A stretch of DNA of 58,634 nucleotides, filler included, from Diploschistes diacapsis (lineage: Eukaryota), in NCBI GenBank assembly GCA_023645945.1. It is 7 parts of 7 records of this genome, joined end to end, with 100 filler letters (N's around TTAATTAATTAA, not from the genome) between each part and the next. Parts side by side here need not be neighbours in the genome. Positions count along the whole stretch, not along the records: positions 8,408 to 16,703 come from JALAIB010001171.1; positions 16,804 to 25,099 come from JALAIB010001172.1; 5 more parts are not named here. One strand, given 5' to 3'. Under the pieces are notes generated by a model. The model saw only the letters and a list, made by a program, of their open reading frames with translations, was not told the origin of the DNA and made no database searches. Each line of letters begins with the position of its first letter. Positions within the stretch are counted from its first letter, which is position 1. Of the stretch, positions 12,037 through 24,712 are shown piece by piece. A program made the translations under genes and the position numbers.

Positions 12037-12790
12037 GATGGCTGAGGCCGTAGCATCTGATGACGAATGGCAAGCCTGTGACAACTGTAAGTACATGTCT
12101 ATGGTAGATTGCTGGATGCTCAGGGTTCGCTTCGAGATGTCCGCGTCGTGGCCAGTTCGTTGGGACACAGCTTCTGATCCCATGATCTTCGAAAGTCCCA
12201 ATTCAATCATAAAGGGAGATGAGGCAGACATGCTCCTTTCAGTACGTCAAGGCTCCTGGGGTATGAATTTGTAGGTGAGGAATCACGTCGCACGCATGGA
12301 ACGGCCTTGCAAAGATTCAACTAGAAGAGCTTACGGCCCCAAGACCTCTGAAGGTGGACAGCAGGCTTGCTGAAAGCTCGGTCTGCTCCAAAAATGCTGA
12401 GTAGAACTTCGAGGTCACGGTTAGCATTGCAAGCTTAATCATAACAGCCATGCTGACACTTGAACACATTGAAAATCTTGAAAAATCTAAGCTATATTCT
12501 GGCTCAACAGGAGCTGGACGTGAGAAAGTATTTTCCAAGCCCGACCAGGCTTGGTGACGCCCCCTATCACCATATTAGTAGATCACAAAGAGGCTCTTAG
12601 CTAACACACTCGTCGGCTTAAATAGATATTGGGTTTTGACTGAGAAGACTGCATTGCGGACTGCGAAAGCCTAGAACCGTTGGTTTCAGAGGATCTCTGT
12701 TTAGCGGACAAAGGGAAGTATCAAGGCATCTAAGCCCGCCACCTCCATAGCCTCCACGCACATCAATTCCAGCCCATCGGTGCCCCCAAG

Positions 12791-13177
12791 ATGCATGCTA
12801 TTGCTCTTTTGCTCGCAGCAGCCCTCATAGCCGTCGTTGCTGCCCGCCCTTAAGTCGACGGAGCCCCTTCACTTCCTCCACACCTTCCACCACGACCACC
12901 AAACCCACCTCTGAGACCGCCACCGCCACCGCCACCGTGGTCTCCACGCCCTGTGCCCGACAAACTCGCGAGAAGATCGATTGAAGATGGTCTCCAACAC
13001 CTCGACAACTTAGCGCGGGATCTTGACGACCTCTACGCCCGCGATGCCACCGAGCCCGAGTTCTACAAGCACAGCTTCGGCGAAGATGACCTAAAGGCTC
13101 GTGGGGCGGATGCTGAACTTGAATTTGAAGGATCTGTGACTTGGATCAGGGGAACTGTGTGGGGGACGTTTCGATAA
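12791..13177 (+). pseudogene. Small secreted prepro-peptide gene with in-frame TAA at codon 21
   Basis: MHAIALLLAAALIAVVAARP*VDGAPS(P-rich)...LARRSIEDG...LARDLDDLYARDATEPEFY...LKARGADAELEFEGSVTWIRGTVWGTFR*. TAA 12851-12853 is in frame with the listed ORF at 12953. Confidence 0.6.
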
Positions 13178-15175
13178 ATTGCTGTTCTATATTCTAAGCT
13201 GGCGAGGATGACGCTTGGGATGGAACTTTGTAGATTCATGCTTGAACAGACAGGAAAGTTGCCTCTGCCTTGGGCGTACCGCAATTACCGTAAGCGTGTC
13301 ACGTGATTTAAATGAAGTTGCTGTGTTGTCTCACATGTAACATAACATATATGATAATGAATTGCATTTAGAAGAACATTTCAAACATTACCACATAAGC
13401 CACACAAGCCAAGCCACCCCCAACATTTCCCCACGCTTTTATTTGCAACCGTAGTTTTTTGTCCGTAGCTTTCGACCGAACCTTTTTTTGGTCCGTAGGT
13501 GTCGTGGATGATCAAAACGGGATTGATTAGCCGCTTAGGGTTCCAAAAACATGACGAGGTCATCAACATATCGACCAGATATCGTGACTCACAAGTAGGG
13601 AGAGAAGCAAAAACACCAAAAGACGTAACAGAATGCTTGCCGTTGAATCTCAGCCACTAGCTGTTACAATATTTTCTATCAATCGCGCCATATCATTCGG
13701 GAGACGCTCCTTTTCATGTCCTATACGATCAAAGATGTAGACAGGCCACCAATTTGCTATCGTATTGCTGGACATCTTGTCCCTTTGACGGGTGGCCTCG
13801 ATCTATTCCTCTGCGATTCCCGCACTCATCTCAGAGGTTTATACGCCTCCAAAAGCAATGACGCCCAGGAATAAGTCTAAGATGTTCGGGATCAATTTGA
13901 AAACAGATGTCGCTAAAGAAGCTTTCTCCAGCATGACCACTGTTCTCCAACCGTTAGCCAGACAGAGCTTGAATCTTTGTTTTCATGATAATCAGCTGAC
14001 AAGCATATCATCTTGTTGCACACTGCGATGGTGGGATGGTGATCCTATTCAAAATTTGAATTTCCAAGCGCTCAGTCACCATCCATTCTATGGAACCAAT
14101 ATGTTGTTTCCTAGATATTTACTAGAACGTAAGAGTAATTTCGTGCCAAGGGAAATGCTTCTGCTGCCTATCACGACTGAGAGTCGACGAACAATGTTGC
14201 GGAAGATAATTGGAAGACGCAGTTGGTAACTCTGCCGATGGTGATACAGAGTAAAACTGCAATAAGAAGGGCAAAACGAATCTCGCGTGTCCTTCTTGTC
14301 CTAGGATCGTAAAATACGGTAACAAGACTCCGACGTCTTTGGAGAACTTCTCCTATTCCTCGGTAATCTTGCTCCTGCGGAGTCCGTGCCATCCAAAGTA
14401 GAGACGAGAGGGATCAGAGTAATGGTCACGTCGGCCAGAGTGCCTCTAGAAATGTAAATCTTGACATTTAACTGTCTAAAGCGCGTGGCTTGTGCGGTAA
14501 CTTGTTAGTAGATGATGTAGCTGTTTGGCAAGGGTTTGAATGTGATGAAATAGGAAATCTTTATTTACCTGAATAAGCAAGAAGCGTGATACTCACCTAT
14601 CTGAGCTATTGACTGTAGATGGGAGACATAGTCCGAGTTCTCGAAGCCAAATGTTCAACATCCAGCAATACTGCATTGTGCCAGTAAAATATCACTTCAA
14701 CAGCTTAATTCTAGGACCCAACCAATGCTCTTACTAAAGTAAACTTAAAGATGGAAATTACAGTAAAAAGTAACGTCATGTTGCAGGTTACAGTTCGTAA
14801 GAGCCGAAATTTTTGGCAAGAAACAGATTTCTTAAAGTATCAAGATAAATTCCACACAAATAGATCCCAGGTACGGGTCAACGCGATTTTGCAGCGCGCG
14901 GAGCTACATCTCATGTTCACATAAAGAATCATGCATCCTTTAAGAGCCACGACTCTACACAGTCGGTCTGTTGAATGCATAAAATGAACGTTTAATGAAG
15001 CTTTAACACTCTTTCACCATCCCTGGAGCCATATGTTCTTTCTCCGCTCATCTCTGTTATTAACCTCACAATGCACAGCAATACGGGGAGTGATCGCTTG
15101 ACCATTAAGAGCTAGCTACCATCAGCTCCAAGTGGCCACTGCATCTTCACTTCAATCTGGCCGATATATTCAGAC

Positions 15176-16142
15176 ATGGCTATAAGAGCCCTTCCAGAGT
15201 CTGTGGGCAACGGTCGACCCGTCAAGAAGCCCAAGCACAAGGCGCCATCCGCCGCCGAACGACAGCGTCCTCGTTTTGCTCTAGCACCGCTCGACAAGAC
15301 CCCTACCTCCGCTCAAGAGCCACCAGCCAATCCTCTCTCACCATCTATCACTGTCGATCTGACTAATGACAATGCATCTCTGAGCAAGATAGCTACACTG
15401 CCCGTCCCCGAAACAGTCCCAGACGCGAATGCGCAGCCATCAGATCCTTCTCTCGAGGGAGACACTCTATCGGATATGTTGCCGGCTAAGTTGGCACACC
15501 TAAAGAAACAGTACAGCTTTGCTACGATGTCTATCAACACGGGTTCAAAAATCGAACAGAAGGTCCGAGTTCTCATTTCCCACCTTTCCCGTTTCAACTT
15601 TCTGGACTCTGACGTGAAACCGGGCGTCGTTGTACTCCGTGCGAAGTCCAATACAGCTGGCAAGCTCATCAGTGTGGTAGAAATAGCCAAGAGGGATATT
15701 GAATCCCAGGGCAGAGGAGGCAAATGGTACCAATACTCGAGAGTAAGCGGCGAACTGCGGGAAATTCCTCGGAACAGAACCAAGAAGGAGCAAAAGGAGA
15801 GCGTAAGGAGTGTAGTATTTAGTGAGACGGCGGGTAAGAGCTTCAAGGACTGGGAAGCTACGAAAGAGCAGCTGAGGGGTGGCAAAGACAAGGAAGTGGC
15901 CAAGTCTGCAGAAGGAATGGGGATTGGGCAAGAGGATGACGGGGACGAAGCTTTCGAGACCATGATCGACCCCGAACATCAGCATAAGCCGCAGGATACC
16001 AAGCTCAGGAATATACCGATCCTGACTATCTACATGGCCCGAGTCCCGCTTCCTGAGATGAAGATTGAATTCAGGTATTTATTCACTCGAGTTTCGAAGG
16101 GGCCAATGCTGACAATAGATCAGTGAGCAGACCAATGCATAG
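15176..16142 (+). CDS. Alba-like DNA/RNA-binding domain protein
   Basis: MSINTGSKIEQKV...VVVLRAKSNTAGKLISVVEIAKR..KWYQY and a C-terminal RNIPILTIYMARVPLPE. Intron 16075-16123 gives the ending FSEQTNA*. Confidence 0.78.
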
Positions 16143-16703
16143 TAGGTGACTTTGTTGGCGGGCTTCTTTCGATACTTGGCCGATTTGCTAGGGTACCACA
16201 CTAGCTTCCTGGCTGCGAGTGCCACCTGAAGATGGTAACCATGCAGGGATTGGCATCAACAACCATTTTACAAGAATGTCTGCAATAATTGAGTCACAGC
16301 GCCGACATACTACGCCAGCCTTTGCATCTTCATTATGACGGAGCACGGTTTAGCACTTCAGCAGTGCAGGGGGGACCTTGTCGGTCTTTTCCATAGCAAG
16401 GCGTTCGAGGCGTCATCTCCTAACGAAAGTTGTTCCGACAAGGAAGTAGTGTGATCGGTATCATCAACCGCCTAGCCCTTACTATTCATTCCCAGTAAAG
16501 CTTTTCCGATCATAATCATACCCTACTCTCAGCCTCAAGGCAGATCCCAGCCTCGAGTTAGCCAGTGTCGCGTATCTCTTCCTGCAACCTCTTGAAGTAA
16601 TATCAAAATTGAAGATGTAAACTTTCCCATAACCCCACGCCTAAGCCTGTAACCCTAAACACTGCCACTACAAATCCTTCTTCCCCATCCCATTCCCCCC
16701 TCC

Positions 16704-16803
16704 NNNNNNNNNNNNNNNNNNNNNNNNNNNNNNNNNNNNNNNNNNNNTTAATTAATTAANNNNNNNNNNNNNNNNNNNNNNNNNNNNNNNNNNNNNNNNN
16801 NNN
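16704..16803. other. Artificial contig linker
   Basis: 44 N + TTAATTAATTAA + 44 N. Confidence 0.99.
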
Positions 16804-17205
16804 GGATCTCTGGGGTCAAACACGAGGGGAAGGGTTGTTGGCGGAACGTTGTCCTGATGTGGAGGACCTTGGTGCTCGAGCACGGTTTTTGGGGGGCAAT
16901 GCTCGTGCGGCTTGCGCTCGGATGCCGCCGAGTGCGCTTATTACCGGCTAGATGCAGAGTCCAGACCAGACCCGGCTCGGTCGAACGTCTGACACAGGCA
17001 CAACGGACAGACGGACAGAGGCGGGGTCTGGATACACATCGGCATGTACTCGATATTGGAGATTATGTGAGGTACATATGCGGCATTTCATCAACATAGT
17101 AAATCCATAAACAAAGGGGGTATCATGTCTCAACGAGTCCTCCATATCCAGCCCAATACTCCGAGCCCCTGAAAGCGTCAACCTCAAAACGCCATAGACC
17201 TCACC

Positions 17206-19465
17206 TCACCCAGCAATAGCATCGCGCAGCAAGCTCTCATCTACCCTCTTTGGCTCAATATCAACAGGCGCCGACTTCGGTGGCCCAAGACCCTTGATGA
17301 ATCCAGCTTGGTTGACGCCCGGAGACCTCAAAGCAGCTTCGAGGGGATTCAGGGGCGTCGTCTGCGCGGCGCTTGCCGGAAGCGGCATCTTGCCCCATTT
17401 GCCCCATGCCCAGCCGCTGACTGTCTTCTTTGGCGGTGCTCGACTGGGCGGCGTACCACCTGCTTGAGAAAGTAACCATCTTGCAGAGTCGGTGCTTTCC
17501 TGCTTCTTGTTGGGTCGAAGAGTGATATTCCGGGCGGTCGCTGTCGCGTGGCTGATGGATGGCTCGGCGACGAACGAGGCGGAGATTGGCGAGAACGTAG
17601 TTGTGACGGGGTTGAAGCCTCGGCCTGTGAGGTCGAAGTTCTGGGATAGTTGCGGTCGCAATGGCCTTGTGCTTCCGCCGGCGAGGGAAAAGAGGCTTTC
17701 GTGCGACGCAGCGCGGCGGTGTCTGGGCTTCGTGAAAGAGCTGATGGAGGCACCGGGAGAGAGGCTGCCGTCATCAGTCTCGACTTCTTCCGGGATCGTT
17801 TCATGGGGCGAAGGTAAGAGATCTTGCTCCTGGAAGCTGGCTTCCAGTGCGCTTTTATCCCGAATTACCTCTGCATCGCACGTCTTTTGTGATGTATTAG
17901 CTGATGGAAATTGAAGCGGCGCCGGTGTCGAAACGCTGCGGTAAGAAGCAAGCAAAGTCATGGAAGGCTGGGGGTTTCCTTTGGCAGGTGGTGGTGGCGA
18001 TGTCCCGATCAAGCTCATCTCCGGACTAGTCGGCCTCGACTCGAAGACGCCGTCGATGGGATCAAAGACTGACGAAGACTTGTAAGGCGAACTCGGTCTG
18101 GATGAAGATACAAAGGAAGAGCCTGTCTGGGAAGACTGCGTTGACCACCTATTGGACGTTACGGTAACGGAGGTCTGAGATAATATTGTATTCGCCGACG
18201 ATGTGCTACTTCGCCACTCGCGGATGCATTGCTGGCGTGGAGTTGAAACTCCCGAGTGCGTGATGTATCCCGAAGTTAACGCAGCTCTCTTCTTCTTCGG
18301 CCTCTTGATGGTCTTTTCGGGCTGATGGTAGTGGTGATGAACGTGCAGCTCGGGTATTGGCTCGAAAGCAAACGACTCGGCAGCGCCAAGCTCAGTGTTC
18401 AATGTTGAGGCTTCTGCTTCTACAGGCTGGTGAAGATGTAGTTGCTCCCTGAGGCTTTCCACTTCAGCATTAGACCCTATTAACATTTCTCGTAGCTCGA
18501 CGACGCCCATTTGTAGGTGTGCATTGTCCTGAAGGATATCGCGTACAAAATGCGAGACAACATTGCTACCCTGTGTGTCGTTGCCAATGGACTTGGCAGC
18601 AGCAGCGCCTTTCAGCCGACTAGCGGCATTCTCAAGCTCCCTCTCCACGGCACGTCTTCTCTCTAACCTCCCAAGCACTTCCATGTGCCTCTCTCTTTCC
18701 TCCCTCGCTTCTTTCTCGATCTTATCAATCTGCTCGTGCAAATAAGCAATAGTGCCCTCGGCCTTTTTCCATCTTTGCACAGCTGTCCTGTTCTGATCCT
18801 GACTATTGAAGAACTGACTTTGAAGACCCGCGTGCTCGGTCTCTATGTTGATGAGTTGCGTCTCGAGCTCGGCTGCACGATCAGCAAGGACATTGAGCCG
18901 CTGAAGTTCCATTTGAGTAGACTGAAGAGTGGCTGCAAGCGCCTGGATTTCGGATTCGGAAACACAGACCTGGCTGTTCATGTTCTCGAGTTGGTCTAAA
19001 AGCTCTCGATTTTCGGCGATGATATTGGCATTAGACTGCTCCAGTTCTCTCTTGTCGTCCTCAAGCTTATCGATTGTGGCAGCCATCTTGAGTCGTTCGG
19101 CTTCGGCTTCGGCCAGGTGAGATTCATGGCGGACCAGTAGAGCCTGGAGAGCGAAAGTCAGCGACAATATTAAGAAACTTGATGAAAAGGGGCGGAGAAT
19201 CACGAGAGAGGATAGTGTAGAGCTAACGTCAAAGTCAAAGACATTGTACTCCCTAGTACCGAAATGGCTTGCTTGTGAGACTTACTTGGCCTGTTCGAGC
19301 TGCCAGAAGCAGATCTTTCTCTAGACCTTCAAGCGCGGCACTGTTATGCACTAGGAATGCGCATTGAGGCTTGCCGCAGCAGCATTGGAGAGCCGTTTTC
19401 TCCAGCATTCCAGATGCAGAGTGAGCCAAGAGCTCCTCAGTTGAGAAGTCATCATCATAGTTCAT
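17206..19465 (-). CDS. Conserved fungal coiled-coil protein of unknown function (N-terminal CCCG..C Cys cluster)
   Basis: Exon 1 (19465-19286: LQCCCGKPQCAFLVHNSAALEGLEKDLLLAARTGQ), intron 19285-19144, exon 2 (ALLVRHE..., long heptads, VVSHFVRDILQDNAHLQMGVVELREML, ELHVHHHYH). Confidence 0.82.
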
Positions 19466-19911
19466 GTTTACGCGCCTTTACCTGTTGTGCTTCTCGTGAA
19501 TTGGGCTGTCGGATGCTTCCTGTTCCATAATCGCGACGCTCAGTAGAGGAATGCGCTGGGTTGTGATGGCGTTGGCTGTGCGCAATGTTGAGGTGCAGTA
19601 CAATAGATATCGACGGCTGTTGGCGACTGACGGGTGGCTGGGAACAACAGTAAAACAGTCACGCACCACATGCAAAAGGGCATGGATCATCGTCATCCGC
19701 CCTGGTGCCTGGCGCTAAGCCTTGTTAGGATGATGGAAGGTGTGCTTGGTGATCACGTGTACACAAATTAGCACGAGCAAGCTCTACTTTGATATCGCTC
19801 GTACTGCACTGGTCACATCCAAATATCTGTATAACATCTCATTTCTAACGTGGTACCTGAGTCACCTTCACCATCTATCTGAGTGGAAACAATGAGTAAC
19901 ATCTGGCAACA

Positions 19912-20643
19912 ATGTCAACTCCTTTGGGCAAAAGACGGAAACTCAGCACTACTTCAGCGCTTTTGAAACCCTTCAAGTCGCCGCTCCGAACCTCCCAGGA
20001 TAAGTACGACAACGAAGCTCCAGACCCAAAGGTAGCCAAACCCAAGGCACTGGGTGTTACCCCTCTTCCCAAGCCCATTTCTACGCCGGTCAAGTCACAC
20101 AAAAATCACTCGCCACATGCGGCTCTCCCTGATGCCGCTCGCCCCAATTCAGCCCTCACGCAAGAGGTGTCCTCACTCCAGCGCCTGCACACATCTCTCT
20201 TGAACCAGCTGTCGTCGCTCCGCGCAGAGCTAGACCATGTCGACCAAGCGCTCAAGATCGAAGCATCGCCCCGGGACGAGGAGCTGAAGCAACTGATCCT
20301 ACAGTGGCGCACTGCTAGTCAGCAAGCGGCAGAGGAGGTGTACGCGGATGTGAGAGACAGGGTCAACGGAATGGGCGGCATCCAAGCTTGGCGTGCGAGG
20401 GAGAAGAAACGAGGGGAAATCGCGTGGGGCTGGGATGAAGGTGGTCGCAGCGAACAGGATAACGTGGATGCGGAGGATACAGAAGACCAACCTGCAGAGG
20501 CTGACGCGGAAGCGAACGAAGAGGCTAAGGCTGAGATGGATGATGAAAACGAGAACTTTACCATGGACATGATGCTTCGGACTTTGAACATAGAGCTTGA
20601 CGTCATTGGCTATGACAAAGGGAATCATAGGTGGTCGGCTTGA
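19912..20643 (+). CDS. Swi5-dependent recombination repair protein Sfr1/Mei5-like
   Basis: MSTP..KRRKL...LLKPFKSPLR N-terminus, ELKQLILQWRTASQQAAEEV...RVNGMGG, and FTMDMMLRTLNIELDVIGYD. Confidence 0.85.
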   Translation: MSTPLGKRRKLSTTSALLKPFKSPLRTSQDKYDNEAPDPKVAKPKALGVTPLPKPISTPVKSHKNHSPHAALPDAARPNSALTQEVSSLQRLHTSLLNQLSSLRAELDHVDQALKIEASPRDEELKQLILQWRTASQQAAEEVYADVRDRVNGMGGIQAWRAREKKRGEIAWGWDEGGRSEQDNVDAEDTEDQPAEADAEANEEAKAEMDDENENFTMDMMLRTLNIELDVIGYDKGNHRWSA

Positions 20644-20809
20644 GAGAGACACTCGGCAAGGTCACCACCAGCTCTTTGTAAGCGGTTATGCATTATCACA
20701 ATAGATGGTCGGCCAGCAATACGTTGCCGCCAGAGTGTTGTTTTTTGTACAATGAACCAAGGAGATGTAGTCGCTGCACATATACACCCAAACGCCATCG
20801 CTATGCAGC

Positions 20810-23504
20810 TCAATGCCCAATACCACCGGCTCTCCATGCATCGAAGTTAGGATCTCCTGGCGGCGGGAAGAAGCCACCATCAGCCTGCCGTTCAGGAAGG
20901 GGTGGTTCATTCGCCACAGGAGCAGGGGCCTGCGCTCCGCCTGCCTGATTGAGTTCCTGGCGACGACGCTGCTCGGTCGTCGCCCTTCTATGGTTCTGCT
21001 GTCTCTGCTGCCGGTAGTAAACGAGGAACGCTAGGGCTCCTGCGAGCGCAACAATGACGAGGGTTTCTAATGTACCTTCGTCGATTTCATCGTAGTAATC
21101 GTCGCCGCCTGGCATCGGATCGTCATAACGAGAACCCGTATCATCGTGCTCGGCCTGGCGGTTAAGCTCGCGCTCATTTTCGAGGAACTTGGCAACCCAC
21201 TGGCTCCAGGTAGGAGTCTCCTCGGTTTCTTGCTAAATGTTAGCACTGATGGTAGCGGATCGTAGAGCGTGGAGCTTACCTGGTTCCGGGTGTATGGGAT
21301 TGACATTGCCGCGAGTGATTGTGTTCCACCAGTTCCTAAACCTCAACTTCGTAAGACTAAGCTTGACCGGCAAGTAGGATTCGGAATTTGTTTCCAGAGC
21401 CTGCGTGTAGTACCTCATTGCCAAATGGTAGTCTTGCTCGACACCGATACCATTCTCGTGCATCCAGCCGAGGTTCCAAGCTGCCTGGGCGCTCTGGTGC
21501 ATCTCGGCGGCTGATTGATAGCAGGTTGCCGCTTTTTCAAGGTCCACGTCAGTCCCGTAGCCACTCAAATAGTAATCGCCCATCTTCACCATGGAGTCAA
21601 TGTTCGATTGCTTAGCCGAACGCGTCCAGTACACCAACGATAGGATCGCATTCTTCAAGATCGATGCTCGCTTTGACTTCCATGGTAGTAAAGCATCCAG
21701 AGAGATAATCGACTTTTGCTCATCGAGTATGTAAGCCACATTGGATTGAGCCATTTCATAACCTTGTTCTGCCGCCATCATATATCCAACGAGCGCAGTT
21801 TCGAGATCACCCTCTTCATAAGCGTTGTTGGCCTCTTCCCATGAAGAATGGAGAGCTTCGGTTTTCTCAGCAACTAGTTTATAGTAAGCCGCGGCGTGAC
21901 CACAGGAACGCTCCCGTCCAACGCCGTTGTTGTTAATCTCGGCCAAATGATATATCGCTTCCACGTGGCCATGTCTGAATCCCAACTCGAAATATGAGAC
22001 GGCCGCATTGAGATCTCCTTGGTCCAGAAACAGCTTGCCAAGCTGTACCTGAGCAGCTGCCCAGTCTTGCTTGGCGGCAGCTTTGAAGTATTCGGACGCG
22101 AGAACCGGGTTTTTCTCGACTCCAAGGCCCAGCAGGTACATTAATCCGAGTTCGTACTGGCAAAAGGGCTCTCCCATGCTCATGCCGAGCTTGAACCATC
22201 CCCATGCTTTCTGAAAATTTTGCTCCACGCCCTCTGCCCGCAGGTACATCCGTCCAATGTATGCTGCCGCTGTTGCTGCGAGCTTGCCCTTGCCTATACT
22301 ATCGTCCGAGATCACGTTACCGTCGGGCGACCAGTACTCGCGGGCAACTGACATGAAGTATTTGCTTGCCGTTTTGTAGCTTCTTTTCAGATTGCGGTTC
22401 CCCTCGTAGTATAAACGACCGAGGCTGAAGGATGCTTTGGAATCGCGCTTGCGGGCCATCAGATCCAAATACTCCACAAGGTCATCAAAGGCTGCGTTCT
22501 GATCCGAGCTCGGGCTATGCTTATTCGAGTTGGAGCCAGAGCTGGTGAAGCTCGCACCGTCTCCATACACGCCTCCGTCTTCATCCGCAATCCTAAATGC
22601 CTCTTTTGGTAGCGTCAGCCCGCCAGGCGGTCCTGAGCGTGCATACTGGATTGCTTTATCTGCAACCTTCTTGTAGTAGATTACAGCTTCGTTGCAGTCC
22701 CTCGAAGTCCCTATCCCTGCATGGTGTCGATATGCCACGGTCATTTCGGATCGGATGTCTCCACCCTTAGCGGCAAAGGTATGGTACATCAAAGATTTCG
22801 CCTGGTCTCTCTGCACAGCATCTCCGATTCCTGTTGCGTACATGAAACCCAGCATGTGTTGAGCCGAGCTGTTGCCATTGAATGATGCAAGCTCTTTGTA
22901 CCTCCTAAACGCTTCTTTATAGTTCCTGGGATGAGAGAAATTGCCATAAAAGTTCATTTCCGCCAAAAGAAATAAAGCATCTGGGTTTTGCTCACTTGCA
23001 GCAGCCTCGAGTGTCCTGACAGCATTTGCCAGGGGCTTGCTAAGCTGCTTTGTGTCGCGGTCGGAATCTAGAGAGTTGCCCTGGCGTGGCCCATCCATGA
23101 AGAGCAAAACAAATCCTTTCTTAGCATAGTAGGCTGTTGTTGCGACAAGACCCGACTTTTTGTTGAACCTCCAAAACTTATTGGTATTTTGAAGCGCTCG
23201 TAAATCAGCCCATGCTCGTTGAACCTCGAGGTTGGCTGGCATTTGGTAAGCGTCATTGGGTCGCGACCATCTGGATTGCTCACCTTGCGCTCCATGGTCG
23301 CTAGAAGCCCTTAGCCAAGGCGCGGTAGCACGGGGTATCGTCTCCTGGCTCGAGGCTTGACTTGCTTGAGGGGGGCGCTGGGCGCCTGTGCAGAGGATCA
23401 AGAAACATAGGTACACTGTTCTCAGCGTTCAGCTTAACGGCGGACGAAGGCTTAGGCGACGAACCGTGAAGGATGTGCGAAAGCCTTGAACGTTGCGGCG
23501 ACAT
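20810..23504 (-). CDS. HRD3: ERAD Sel1-repeat protein Hrd3/SEL1L
   Basis: Intron 23464-23416 yields a signal-peptide-like start (MSPQRSRLSHILHVYLCFLILCTGA). Many Sel1 repeats (AQHMLGFMYATG, SMVKMGDYYLSG, AAWNLGWMHENGIGV). Intron 21279-21229 joins the TM tail LETLVIVALAGALAFLVYYRQQ...FFPPPGDPNFDAWRAGGIGH. Confidence 0.93.
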
Positions 23505-24123
23505 TGCACGATCAGGTCACGGTTACCAGATTCGAAGAGCATCTGACTTGTTACTGGCGCGTAAAGTCGTGATGTGGTTTAAAAGGGAGAACAAGCTGTG
23601 AGTGGCATATTTGGAGTAGTTGAGGATGCCACTCGCTGCGGCTGCTGGGTTTATGGCGAAGTTGTACAAGTAGAACTTTACTAAGAAGCTCCCGGCAGTC
23701 GCGTGTCGAAGATAATGCCACCGTTGCCCAACCGAACGACCCGCTTGAACTTTGCCCGGAAATAGGCCGTAACCGAGAAAACGCCGCTGCAAGAATAGTC
23801 AGCTCGGCCTTTTAATATAAAGTATCAGACCCTCAAGTCATGTCTTCCAAAGTTCTGGGCAATAAGAACGTGTTTGAAGAATCCAAACTCGTCGGGCCTT
23901 CTACTTAGAAGTAGGAATCGTTTGCTTTGCTGACCGTCTTTTCAGCAACAGCTGGAGGCTATCCAAACATCCTGCTTCCTTCATTTCCCCTTACTGCTGA
24001 AGCCTTCAGTACAAAAACATTAAACAACGCTTTTGCAGGTACGAAGAGCGAACTCTAGAAATACGCATCCTGTTCTATATCGACATTTCCCTTCCTTCAC
24101 CTTCAAACAAGGGTCTTGTCCCC

Positions 24124-24555
24124 ATGGGCCCAACCCGGAATGATCTGATCACGACCGCTTATGCCTTGGTCAATTCCTACAGAACGTGGACAATGGATGC
24201 TATCATGTCTCTGCGTAGCACAGATTGCATCCACCGGATTTTGCCGGCATCGCGGAAGCAACCACCGCGCAGCAACGAGGACTATCGCGCCTTCTTCAGT
24301 ACTATGATTCCTGTCTTTCAGGACTTCACCCCATCGATCAAAGAGGAGGAAACTCTGGTCGATGAGGAGAGTAGAAAGGTAGCTATGCATATACAGAGTC
24401 ATGCTACCACCGCGTTCGGCGATTACGACAACGAATACATGTTTATAGTCAAAACAACGGAGAAGGGCGACAAGGTGCAAGAAATTTGGGAATTCGTTGA
24501 TAGCGCAGCCTCGAATGCATTCTTCCCCAAATTGAGTCAGAAGCAGGTCCCATAG
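24124..24555 (+). CDS. SnoaL/NTF2-like protein (resembles AusH/AusJ-type fungal tailoring enzymes)
   Basis: 143 aa with MDAIMSLRSTDCIHRILPAS, VDEESRKVAM and YDNEYMFIV....GDKVQEIWEFVDS. Confidence 0.8.
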   Translation: MGPTRNDLITTAYALVNSYRTWTMDAIMSLRSTDCIHRILPASRKQPPRSNEDYRAFFSTMIPVFQDFTPSIKEEETLVDEESRKVAMHIQSHATTAFGDYDNEYMFIVKTTEKGDKVQEIWEFVDSAASNAFFPKLSQKQVP

Positions 24556-24712
24556 GTGAAGTTGGTACTGTGGATGATCGAAAAGATGAGCTTTCCATAA
24601 AGGATCTTGTTAGAGGAACCCCGGCCCCCTTTAGTTAATGCCATGAACAGGCTGTATACCTAAGTTAAGAGTCTTCTTCATGTGTTGAACGCTTAGTAAT
24701 CATGATCAATTA

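Noticed and set aside
13570..14400. 145-aa ORF at 13792-14229 and neighbours
   Set aside because: Non-ATG start, no recognisable motif or splice model. It may be decayed DNA but I cannot support a call.
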